Origin: Heptranchias perlo
Taxonomy: Eukaryota
DNA: 64,000 nucleotides
Assembly: GCF_035084215.1 (NCBI RefSeq)
Contig: NW_027139581.1
Location: 2,294,001-2,358,000 of the forward strand
Direction of reading: 5' to 3'
Part shown: positions 1 through 11,374 of the stretch, one piece after another
Position numbering within the stretch: the stretch's first letter is position 1
How the letters are laid out: the number at the start of each line of letters is the position of its first letter
Notes under the pieces: model-generated
Told to the model about the DNA's origin: nothing
Databases searched by the model: none
What the model saw: only the letters and a program-made list of their open reading frames with translations
Made by a program: the position numbers and the translations under genes

Positions 1-3000
1 ATCACTGATGGAGTGAAGGGAGAGGAGGGTGGACAAGAGACTGGAGTCACGGTCACCACTGGTGGAGTGAAGGGAGAGGAGGGTGGACAAGAGACTGGAG
101 TCAGGGCCACCACTGCTGGAGTGAAGGGAGAGCAGGATGGACAAGAGACTGGAGTCACGACCACCACTGCTGAAGTGAAGGGAGAGGAGGATGGACAAGA
201 GACTGGAGTCACGGCCATCACTGGTGGAGTGAAGGGAGAGGAGGATGGACAAGAGACTGGAGTCACGGCCACCACTGGTGGAGTGAAGGGAGAGGAGGGA
301 GGACAAGAGACTGGAGTCACGGCCACCACTGGTGGAGTGAAGGGAGAGGAGGGTGGACAAGAGACTGGAGTCACGGTCACCACTGGTGGAGTGAAGGGAG
401 AGGAGGATGGACAAGAGACTGGAGTCACGGCCATCACTGGTGGAGTGAAGGGAGAGGAGGATGGACAAGAGACTGGAGTCACGGCCATCACTGGTGGAGT
501 GAAGGGAGAGGAGGGTGGACAAGAGACTGGAGTCACGGTCACCACTGGTGGAGTGAAGGGAGAGGAGGGTGGACAAGAGACTGGAGTCACGGCCATCACT
601 GGTGGAGTGAAGGGAGAGGAGGATGGACAAGAGACTGGAGTCACGGCCACAACTGGTGGAGTGAAGGGAGAGGAGGATGGACAAGAGACTGGAGTCACGG
701 CCATCACTGGTGGAGTGAAGGGAGAGGAGGGTGGACAAGGGACTGGAGTCACGGTCACCACTGGTGGAGTGAAGGGACAGGAGGGTGGACAAGAGACTGG
801 AGTCACGGCCACCACTGGTGGAGTGAAGGGAGAGGAGGGTGGAAAAGAGACTGGAGTCACGGTCACCACTGGTGGAGTGAAGGGAGAGGAGGATGGACAA
901 GAGACTGGAGTCACGGTCACCACTGGTGGAGTGAAGGGAGAGGAGGGTGGACAAGAGACTGGAGTCACGGCCACCACTGGTGGAGTGAAGGGAGAGGAGG
1001 ATGGACAAGAGACTGGAGTCACGGTCACCACTGGTGGAGTGAAGGGAGAGGAAGATGGACAAGAGACTGGAGTCACGGCCACCACTGGTGGAGTGAAGGG
1101 AGAGGAGGATGGACAAGAGACTGGAGTCACGGTCACCACTGGTGGAGTGAAGGGAGAGGAGGATGGACAAGAGACTGGAGTCACGGTCACCACTGGTGGA
1201 GTGAAGGGAGAGGAGGATGGACAAGAGACTGGAGTCACGGTCACCACTGGTGGAGTGAAGGGAGAGGAGGGAGGACAAGAGACTGGAGTCACGGTCACCA
1301 CTGGTGGAGTGAAGGGAGAGGAGGGTGGACAAGAGACTGGAGTCACGGCCATCACTGATGGAGTGAAGGGAGAGGAGGATGAACAAGAGACTGGAGTCAC
1401 GGTCACCACTGGTGGAGTGAAGGGAGAGGAGGGTGGACAAGAGACTGGAGTCACGGTCACCACTGGTGGAGTGAAGGGAGAGGAGGGAGGACAAGAGACT
1501 GGAGTCACGGACATCACTGATGGAGTGAAGGGAGAGGAGGGTGGACAAGAGACTGGAGTCACGGCCACCACTGGTGGAGTGAAGGGAGAGGAGGATGGAC
1601 AAGAGACTTGAGTCACGGCCACCACTGGTGGAGTGAAGGGAGAGGAGGATGGATAATAGACTGGAGTCACGGCCACCACTGGTGGAGTGAAGGGAGAGGA
1701 GGGTGGACAAGAGACTGGAGTCACGGCCATCACTGGTGGAGTGAAGGGAGAGGAGGGAGGACAAGAGACTGGAGTCACGGTCACCACTGGTGGAGTGAAG
1801 GGAGAGGAGGATGGACAAGTGACTGGAGTCACGGTCACCACTGGTGGAGTAAAGGGAGAGGAGGATGGACAAGAGACTTGAGTCACGGCCACCACTGGTG
1901 GAGTAAAGGGAGAGGAGGATGGACAAGAGACTGGAGTCACGGCCATCACTGGTGGAGTGAAGGGAGAGGAGGGTGGACAAGAGACTGGAGTCACGGCCAC
2001 CACTGGTGGAGTGAAGGGAGAGGAGGGTGGACAAGAGACTGGAGTCACGGCCACCACTGGTGGAGTGAAGGGAGAGGAGGGAGGACAAGAGACTGGAGTC
2101 ACGGCCATCACTGGTGGAGTGAAGGGAGAGGAGGGTGGACAAGAGACTGGAGTCACGGCCACCACTGGTGGAGTGAAGGGAGAGGAGGGTGGACAAGAAA
2201 CTGGAGTCACGGCCATCACTGGTGGAGTGAAGGGAGAGGAGGGTGGACAAGAGACTGGAGTCACGACCACCACTGGTGGAGGAAAGGGAGAGGAGGATGG
2301 ACAAGAGACTGGAGTCACGGTCACCACTGGTGGAGTGAAGGGAGAGGAGGATGGACAAGAGACTGGAGTCACGGTCACCACTGGTGGAGTGAAGGGAGAG
2401 GAGGGTGGACAAGAGACTGGAGTCACGGCCACCACTGGTGGAGTAAAGGGAGAGGAGGGTGGACAAGAGACTGGAGTCACGGCCACCACTGGTGGAGTGA
2501 AGGGAGAGGAGGATGGACAAGAGACTGGAGTCACGGTCACCACTGGTGGAGTGAAGGGAGAGGAGGATGGACAAGAGACTGGAGTCACGGTCACCACTGG
2601 TGGAGTGAAGGGAGAGGAGGATGGACAAGAGACTGGAGTCACGGTCACCACTGGTGGAGTGAAGGGAGAGGAGGGAGGACAAGAGACTGGAGTCACGGTC
2701 ACCACTGGTGGAGTGAAGGGAGAGGAGGGTGGACAAGAGACTGGAGTCACGGCCATCACTGATGGAGTGAAGGGAGAGGAGGATGAACAAGAGACTGGAG
2801 TCACGGTCACCACTGGTGGAGTGAAGGGAGAGGAGGGTGGACAAGAGACTGGAGTCACGGTCACCACTGGTGGAGTGAAGGGAGAGGAGGGAGGACAAGA
2901 GACTGGAGTCACGGCCATCACTGATGGAGTGAAGGGAGAGGAGGGTGGACAAGAGACTGGAGTCACGGCCACCACTGGTGGAGTGAAGGGAGAGGAGGAT

Positions 3001-6000
3001 GGACAAGAGACTGGAGTCACGGCCACCACTGGTGGAGTGAAGGGAGAGGAGGGTGGACAAGAGACTGGAGTCACGGCCACCACTGCTGGAGTGAAGGGAG
3101 AGGAGGGAGGACAAGAGACTGGAGTCACGGCCATCACTGATGGAGTGAAGGGAGAGGAGGGTGGACAAGAGACTGGAGTCACGGTCACCACTGGTGGAGT
3201 GAAGGGAGAGGAGGGTGGACAAGAGACTGGAGTCAGGGCCACCACTGCTGGAGTGAAGGGAGAGCAGGATGGACAAGAGACTGGAGTCACGACCACCACT
3301 GCTGAAGTGAAGGGAGAGGAGGATGGACAAGAGACTGGAGTCACGGCCATCACTGGTGGAGTGAAGGGAGAGGAGGATGGACAAGAGACTGGAGTCACGG
3401 CCACCACTGGTGGAGTGAAGGGAGAGGAGGGAGGACAAGAGACTGGAGTCACGGCCACCACTGGTGGAGTGAAGGGAGAGGAGGGTGGACAAGAGACTGG
3501 AGTCCCGGTCACCACTGGTGGAGTGAAGGGAGAGGAGGATGGACAAGAGACTGGAGTCACGGCCATCACTGGTGGAGTGAAGGGAGAGGAGGATGGACAA
3601 GAGACTGGAGTCACGGTCACCACTGGTGGAGTGAAGGGAGAGGAGGGTGGACAAGAGACTGGAGTCACGGTCACCACTGGTGGAGTGAAGGGAGAGGAGG
3701 GTGGACAAGAGACTGGAGTCACGGCCATCACTGGTGGAGTGAAGGGAGAGGAGGATGGACAAGAGACTGGAGTCACGGCCACAACTGGTGGAGTGAAGGG
3801 AGAGGAGGATGGACAAGAGACTGGAGTCACGGCCATCACTGGTGGAGTGAAGGGAGAGGAGGGTGGACAAGGGACTGGAGTCACGGTCACCACTGGTGGA
3901 GTGAAGGGACAGGAGGGTGGACAAGAGACTGGAGTCACGGCCACCACTGGTGGAGTGAAGGGAGTGGAGGGTGGACAAGAGACTGGAGTCACGGCCACCA
4001 CTGGTGGAGTGAAGGGACAGGAGGATGGACAAGAGACTGGAGTCACGGCCACCACTGGTGGAGTGAAGGGAGAGGAGGATGGACAAGAGACTGGAGTCAG
4101 GGCCACCACTGGTGGAGTGAAGGGAGAGGAGGGTGGACAAGAGACTGGAGTCACGGTCACCACTGGTGGAGTGAAGGGAGAGGAGGATGGACAAGAGACT
4201 GGAGTCACGGCCACCACTGGTGGAGTGAAGGGAGAGGAAGGTGGACAAGAGACTGGAGTCATGGTCACCACTGGTGGAGTGAAGGGAGAGGATGATGGAC
4301 AAGAGACTGGAGTCACGGTCACCACTGGTGGAGTGTAGGGAGAGGAGGGTGGACAAGAGACTGGAGTCACGGACACCACTGGTGGAGTGAAGGGAGAGGA
4401 GGATGGACAAGAGACTGGAGTCACGGTCACCACTGGTGGACTGAAGGGAGAGGAGGGTGGACAAGAGACTGGAGTCACGGCCACCACTGGTGGAGTGAAG
4501 GGAGAGGAGGATGGACAAGAGACTGGAGTCACGGCCACCACTGGTGGAGTGAAGGGAGAGGAGGGTGGACAAGAGACTGGAGTCAGGGCCACCACTGGTG
4601 GAGTGAAGGGAGAGGAGGATGGACAAGAGACTGGAGTCACGGCCACCACTGGTGGAGTGAAGGGAGAGGAGGATGGACAAGAGACTGGAGTCACGGCCAC
4701 CACTGGTGGAGTGAAGGGAGAGGAGGATGGACAAGAGACTGGAGTCAGGGCCACCACTGCTGGAGTGAAGGGAGAGCAGGATGGACAAGAGACTGGAGTC
4801 ACGACCACCACTGCTGGAGTGAAGGGAGAGGAGGATGGACAAGAGACTGGAGTCACGGTCACCACTGGTGGAGTGAAGGGAGAGGAGGGTGGACAAGAGA
4901 CTGGAGTCTCGGCCACCACTGGTGGAGTGAAGGGAGAGGAGGGTAGACAAGAGACTGGAGTCACGACCACCACTGCTGGAGTGAAGGGAGAGGAGGATGG
5001 ACAAGAGACTGGAGTCACGGTCACCACTGGTGGAGTGAAGGGAGAGGAGGGTGGACAAGAGACTGGAGTCACGTTCACCACTGGTGGAGTGAAGGGAGAG
5101 GAGGATGGACAAGAGACTGGAGTCACGGCCACCACTGGTGGAGTGAAGGGAGAGGAGGGAGGACAAGAGACTGGAGTCACGGCCATCACTGATGGAGTGA
5201 AGGGAGAGGAGGATGGACAAGAGACTGGAGTCACGGCCATCACTGGTGGAGTGAAGGGAGAGGAGGATGGAGAAGAGACTGGAGTCACGGTCACCACTGG
5301 TGGAGTGAACGGAGAGGAGGGTGGACAAGAGACTGGAGTCAGGGCCACCACTGGTGGAGTGAAGGGAGAGGAGGATGGACAAGAGACTGGAGTCACGGCC
5401 ATCACTGGTGGAGTGAAGGGAGAGGAGGATGGACAAGAGACTGGAGTCACGGCCATCACTGGTGGAGTGAAGGGAGAGGAGGGAGGACAAGAGACTGGAG
5501 TCACGGCCACCACTGGTGGAGTGAAGGGAGAGGAGGATGGACAAGAGACTGTAGTCACGGCCACCACTGGTGGAGTGAAGGGAGAGGAGGATGGACAAGA
5601 GACTGGAGTCACGGCCACCACTGGTGGAGTGAAGGGAGAGGAGGGTGGACAAGAGACTGGAGTCACGGCCATCACTGGTGGAGTGAAGGGAGAGGAGGGA
5701 GGACAAGAGACTGGAGTCACGGCCACCACTGGTGGAGTGAAGGGAGAGGAGGGTGGACAAGAGACTGGATTCACGGCCATCACTGGTGGAGTGAAGGGAG
5801 AGGAGGGAGGACAAGAGACTGGAGTCACGGCCATCACTGGTGGAGTGAAGGGAGAGGAGGGAGGACAAGAGACTGGAGTCACGGCCACCACTGGTGGAGT
5901 GAAGGGAGAGGAGGGTGGACAAGAGACTGGAGTCACGGCCATCACTGGTGGAGTGAAGGGAGAGGTGGGTGGACAAGAGACTGGAGTCACGGCCACCACT

Positions 6001-7280
6001 GGTGGAGTGAAGGGACAGGAGGGTGGACAAGAGACTGGAGTCACGGCCATCACTGGTGGAGTGAAGGGAGAGGAGGGAGGACAAGAGACTGGAGTCACGG
6101 TCACCACTGGTGGAGTGAAGGGAGAGGAGGATGGACAAGAGACTGGAGTCACGGCCATCACTGGTGGAGTGAAGGGAGAGGAGGATGGACAAGAGACTGG
6201 AGTCACGGCCATCACTGGTGGAGTGAAGGGAGAGGAGGGTGGACAAGAGACTGGAGTCACGGTCACCACTGGTGGAGTGAAGGGAGAGGAGGGTGGACAA
6301 GAGACTGGAGTCACGGTCACCACTGGTGGAGTGAAGGGAGAGGAGGGTGGACAAGAGACTGGAGTCACGGCCACCACTGGTGGAGTGAAGGGACAGGAGG
6401 GTGGACAAGAGACTGGAGTCACGGTCACCACTGGTGGAGTGAAGGGAGAGGAGGGTGGACAAGAGACTGGAGTCACGGCCATCTTTGGTGGAGTGAAGGG
6501 AGAGGAGGGTGGACAAGTGACTGGAGTCACGGCCACCACTGGTGGAGTGAAGGGAGAGGAGGGACAAGAGACTGGAGTCACGGCCATCACTGATGGAGTG
6601 AAGGGAGAGGAGGATGGACAAGAGACTGGAGTCACGGTCACCACTGGTGGAGTGAAGGGAGAGGAGGATGGACAAGAGACTGGAGTCACGGCCACCACTG
6701 ATGGAGTGAAGGGAGAGGAGGATGGACAAGAGACTGGAGTCACGGTCACCACTGGTGGAGTGAAGGGAGAGGAGGGTGGACAAGAGACTGGAGCCACGGC
6801 CACCACTGGTGGAGTGAAGGGAGAGGAGGATGGACAAGAGACTGGAGTCACGGTCACCACTGGTGGAGTGAAGGGAGAGGAGGGTGGACAAGAGACTGGA
6901 GTCACGGTCACCACTGGTGGAGTGAAGGGAGAGGAGGATGGACAAGAGACTGGAGTCACGGTCACCACTGGTGGAGTGAAGGGAGAGGAGGATGGACAAG
7001 AGACTGGAGTCACGGTCACCACTGGTGGAGTGAAGGGAGAGGAGGATGGACAAGAGACTGGAGTCACGGCCACCACTGGTGGAGTGAAGGGAGAGGAGGA
7101 TGGACAAGAGACTGGAGTCACGGCCACCACTGGTGGAGTGAAGGGAGAGGTGGATGGACAAGAGACTGGAGTCACGGTCACCACTGGTGGAGTGAAGGGA
7201 GAGGAGGATGGACAAGAGACTGGAGTCACGGCCATCACTGGTGGAGTGAAGGGAGAGGAGGGTGGACACGAGACTGGATT
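1..7280. repeat. 54-bp G/purine-rich minisatellite, ~135 copies, running off the left edge of the window
   Basis: Unit GGTGGAGTGAAGGGAGAGGAGG(A/G)TGGACAAGAGACTGGAGTCACGG(C/T)CA(C/T)CACT is read directly. The array ends at ~7280. The long GVKGEEGGQETGVTATTG ORFs arise from the 18-codon unit and are broken by stops. Confidence 0.98.
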
Positions 7281-7549
7281 TACAGGAATAGAGTGTTGAG
7301 ATTGAAGGGCGGCCCGGAGTTGGTGCACGATGGGATACAGGCAGCATTGTTTTAGGTGAATTGAAGTTTACAGAAGATGGAGGATGGGAGTCCAGCCGGG
7401 GGAGTATTTTTATAATCGAGTCTGGAGGTGATAAAGATTTGAATGAGGCTTTCAAATGTTGATGTTAGGGAGGAGGCAGGTGATGTCACAGCGGCGGTCT
7501 TTGTGATGCGGAATAAATGCGGTGGGAAACAAGCGGTTTCTGCAGGCTA

Positions 7550-8090
7550 TTTGTCCTGGTATTGGTGAACTAACCCTGGGGTCCGTACTTCAAATCCCAC
7601 CAACGTAAATCGTGAAATTTAATTGAAGAAATCTGGTAATTCTATCGCAAAAATAGCCATGCAAAACTGCGAAACGGTCTCTAAAACCTAACTGCATCCC
7701 ACTCTACCCAGACCGACCTACATGTAACTCCATTCCCGAATGAGTGATTGACATTTGATGCCCTCTGATGTTGTCCAGCAAGGCAGCCAATTGTAAACAA
7801 TCGCTACAAGTTTCAATGATTGCAATAAATTCAGATGGATCTGCCATCAGCGACCGAGGGATCGTAAGACTAAACCAATCTCAGTCCGTTCAGCATTTCA
7901 CAGTTCTCTTCAATAATATCTGAGAGATAGTTCTCAAGATGGACATTTGTCCTGAAGACCAGTTAAGCACAAGCCTGACATAATCGTACTCACAGAATCA
8001 TGTCAATGAGCAAACATCGCTGATTCCTCCATCTCCATCTTGTCCCACCAGCAGCATAGACCCAAAAGATGTCCAGACCAATGATACAAG
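7550..8090 (+). mobile_element. Degenerate 5' portion of a LINE/SINE-related element (tRNA-like head and start of an endonuclease)
   Basis: B-box-like TTCAAATCCCACC at ~7590, then a decayed frame resembling the APE start (KHKPDIIVLTES, ~7965-8000). Family assignment is by recall only. Confidence 0.4.
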
Positions 8091-8169
8091 GGGGCAGGGA
8101 TGGAGGAACGCAGAGTTACTGAGACAGGGAGGGGTGTAGCTCTGTTGGAAATTGAACACGCGGAGAACA

Positions 8170-8905
8170 ATCACAGCTTCTCCAGTCTCTCCACATAATT
8201 GAAGTCCCTTAACCCTGGTATCATTCTAGTAAATCTCCTCTCCACCCTCCCCAGGACCTTGACTTCCTTCCTGAAGCGAGATGCCCAGAATTGGACACAA
8301 TTGGACAGCTGAGGCCTGACCAGTGATTTATGACCAGTGGTTAGACAACACTTGGAGCACTGTGCGCAATTGTGGTCTCCATATTATATGAAGGGTTCAG
8401 ATGCACTGGAGAGAGTGCAAAAATAATTACAAGGATGATACCAGAACTGAGAGGACATAGTTATCAGGAAAGGCTCAACAGGCTGGGGCTCTTTTCTCGA
8501 AAAAAGGGAAGGCTGAGGGGGGACATTGTAGAGATCTTGAAAATTTTTGAGGGCTTGGTGAGGTGGACGGAGAGAAAATGTTCCCATTTGTCGCGGGGGG
8601 CTGAGGTGGATGGCGGTCAACACTGGGGGTCATAAATATAATATAGTCACCAATCAATCCAACAAGCAATTCAGGAGAAACTTATTTACCCAGAGAGTGT
8701 TTTGAATGCAGAACTTGCTACCACAAGGAATAGTTGAAGCGAATAGAATAGATGCATTTAAGGGGAAGTACATGAGGGAGAAATAAATTGAAGGATATGC
8801 TGATAGGGTGAGATGAAGTCGAATGGGAGGAGGCTCGTGTGGAGCATAAACACCGGCATAGACCAGTTGGGCCGAATGGCCTGTTTGTGAGCTGTAGTTT
8901 CTATG
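8170..8905. mobile_element. Two CR1 LINE ORF2 3' fragments joined head-to-head (minus 8170-8333, plus 8334-8905)
   Basis: The plus copy encodes TRMIPELRGHSYQERLNRLGLFS..RLRGD and ends in a CR1 3' tail (GGGCCGAATGGCCTG). The minus copy covers the same CVQFW..RRFTRMIPGLRDFNYVERLEKL region. Confidence 0.8.
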
Positions 8906-8909
8906 TAAC

Positions 8910-10010
8910 ACAAGGATAAGAATTTTTAAATTGAGACGTTGCTCGACCGGGAGCCAATGTCGGTCAGGAAGCACAGGGGTGATGGGTGAATGGGATTTAA
9001 TGTCAGTTAGTAAACGGGCAGCAGAGTTTTGGATGAGCTCAAGTTAATGGAGGGTGGTGGGTGGGATGGCGGCCAGAAGAGCATTGGAAAAGTCGAGTTT
9101 GGAGGGAACAAAACCATGGATCAGGAATTCAGCAGAAGATGGGCTGAGGCTGGGGCAGAGACAGGCGATGTTCGGGAGGTGGAAGTAGGCGGTCTTGGTG
9201 ATGGAGAGAATATGGAGTCAGAAGCTCAGCTCAGGGTCAAACAGAACGCCTACTGGTCCGGTTCAGCCTCAGACTGTGGCCAGGGAGGGGGATGGAATCA
9301 GTTGTGAATGAACGGAATTTGTGATTGGGGCCGAAGACAATGGCTTCAGTCTTTCTAATGTTTGAATGGATGAAATTTTTGCTCATCCAGTACTGGATGT
9401 CGGACAAGCAGTGTGAGAAATCAGAGAGAGTGAAGGGGTGGAGAGAGGCGGTGGTGAGGGACAGCTGGGTGTCATTTATATGTGGAATCTGACTTTGTGT
9501 TTTCGGATGATGTCACCGAGGGTAAGCTTGAATATGTGAAATAGGAGGAGGTCAAGGATTGTTCCTTGTGGGACACCAGAGATAACGGTGCGGGGGCGGG
9601 AAGATGGATCATTGCAGGAGATTCTCTGGCCAAGCCTGGATCAAAAGGAATGGAACCAGGCGAGGGCAGTTGGAAAACGGACGAGAGGCGTTGGAGGTGG
9701 CTGGTGTGGACACCCGTGTCAAAGGCTGCAGACGGGTGGAGAAGGAAGAGGAGGGATAGTTTTCCACGGTCAGTCACATGGGATGTCTTTTGTGACTTTG
9801 ATTCGGGCCGTTTCAGCTGTGTCAGCGGTGGAAACCTGATTGGAGAGGTTTCTAATGCATTTGCAGGAAAGATGGGCACAGATTTTGGAAACGACAACAC
9901 GTTCAAGGAGAGGAAAGGGAGGTTGGAGATGGGGGCCGTAATTTACAAGGACCGAGGGGTCATGGATTTTTTTTTGAGGATGGGGTGATGACGGCAGATT
10001 TGAAGAGGAG
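8910..10010 (-). mobile_element. L2-clade LINE ORF2 (RT) fragment
   Basis: Minus-strand motifs DRGKLSLL...SAAFDT..H..LQRLS and HWLPVEQRL..KILILV. Frameshifted. Confidence 0.8.
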
Positions 10011-10797
10011 ACGAGAGAGAACCGTGAATGAAAGGGTTAACTTTGCCCCTTTGGACATTACATTTGGACATTGTAAGTTTAAACTGCAAAGGCAGCAATG
10101 TGCAGAAACTTTGAGAAGCTTCGGTTTTCAACAACAACTGATCTGAATGAAAGCAACGATGAGCAGAAGCTTCGAAAAGCTTCGAACTGGCTTTTGTTTC
10201 TCAAAACAACTGATCAGAACCTTAACAGATAACAACTTGGAAAAAACAATGCTGAAACAGCTAGAAACCCCTGGGAAAGACAATTCAAGTTACTTGTTCA
10301 CAGGTAACAGGAGTTTTAAGGTCTGCTGGTTATAGTTAATGACACTGATCTGTGGAAACCAGCGCTAACAGATAGGTCACCAATACACTCTGAAATATTG
10401 GACAATATCCAATAATGATTCAGCTCCAGGCAGCTGTCTTACTCTATGAACACATATTTCTGATCCGATACTAGGGTTCAGTGCAGAGAGCAGACGGCAA
10501 ACTGTTCAATAAAGAGAATCGTCCACCAACATTCCTTGTGTACGAGACTCAAATAACAGGCAAATCCTAAAAAATGACCATCAGTTGAAGAAAGTCATAA
10601 AAAGAACAGACTGTTCATTGGACTGGGACCAATGAATCGGGAACTGTTCACATGTTACATGAAGGAAACAAGGTGCATTACCAGACATTGAACAAGAGGA
10701 TTACACTGAATACAATTAATAACCGGGTCTAAAGGACAAGGACAGTAAATACAGTTAAATATGGTTTACAGAATTAATTGATGAAATAATGACTTAC

Positions 10798-10894
10798 CAG
10801 GAACACCAACAGCAGCGAGGAGCGGATAGTAAAACTTTTGTACATGATAAATTGCCCACAGAATCCGAAGCTCAGTTGGAACAAACAAGAACAT
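10798..10894 (-). CDS. First coding exon of a probable GPR139-like class A GPCR (shark-expanded family): N-terminus and start of TM1
   Basis: ATG at 10894 gives MFLFVPTELRILWAIYHVQKFYYPLLAAVGVP plus one G, then a phase-1 GTAAGT donor. YYPLLAAVGVP matches my recollection of the exon-1/TM1 motif of chondrichthyan GPR139-like genes. Exon 2 was not found in the window. Not in the ORF track. Confidence 0.7.
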
Positions 10895-11374
10895 GATTTC
10901 ATTATCTGTGAGATCCAATGATCACTGTTTGTTCTGGAGGCAAAGCTGCATCAAACACTCTGCTGTGACGCCTTGAAAACAGTCCTTATTTATGGCCTGA
11001 GGGAACTCTCCAGTGAGACAATTAAACGACACATTGACATTAATTAAGGTCAGTAAACAAACAGGTCGGCTTAATCCCTCAACACCATCACTCCATATTG
11101 ACAATTATAGATAAACAAGCATTTTACTGATGTGACGTGAAGCTACCGAAAGTTCTGAATATTAGTAAAAGAAAATGACGTAAAAAAGAAAATATGAATC
11201 CCGCAGTCTTACAGTGCTGATGTGAAGAGAGAGCAGCTTCACTGACAGAGTTCAGATTATTTCTGTGATATGAATTCAGCCGGCAATTTCAGAATGTTTC
11301 AAATACGTTTTCTGGGGTGGAGTAAACAAAAGTGCAAAAGACAACAAGGATAGATTGAAGCAGATCAAGTAATG

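Noticed and set aside
13-7299. Long acidic Gly/Thr repeat ORFs (532, 793 and 970 aa) and the SHGHHWW ORF as real proteins
   Set aside because: They follow from a 54-bp unit. Starts are non-ATG, there are in-frame stops (1609, ~1654, 1879, 4336), common variants are mostly non-synonymous, and no flanking exon structure is visible.
10443-10501. 59-nt AG...GTAAG-bounded minus-strand segment as GPCR exon 2
   Set aside because: It is open in phase 1, but the peptide (CRLLSALNPSIGSEICVHR) does not continue TM1. Probably chance.
10798-10845. Alternative frame MYKSFTIRSSLLLVFL as a signal-peptide exon
   Set aside because: It gives a phase-0 donor, and the other frame yields a recognisable GPCR TM1 motif with a phase-1 donor.
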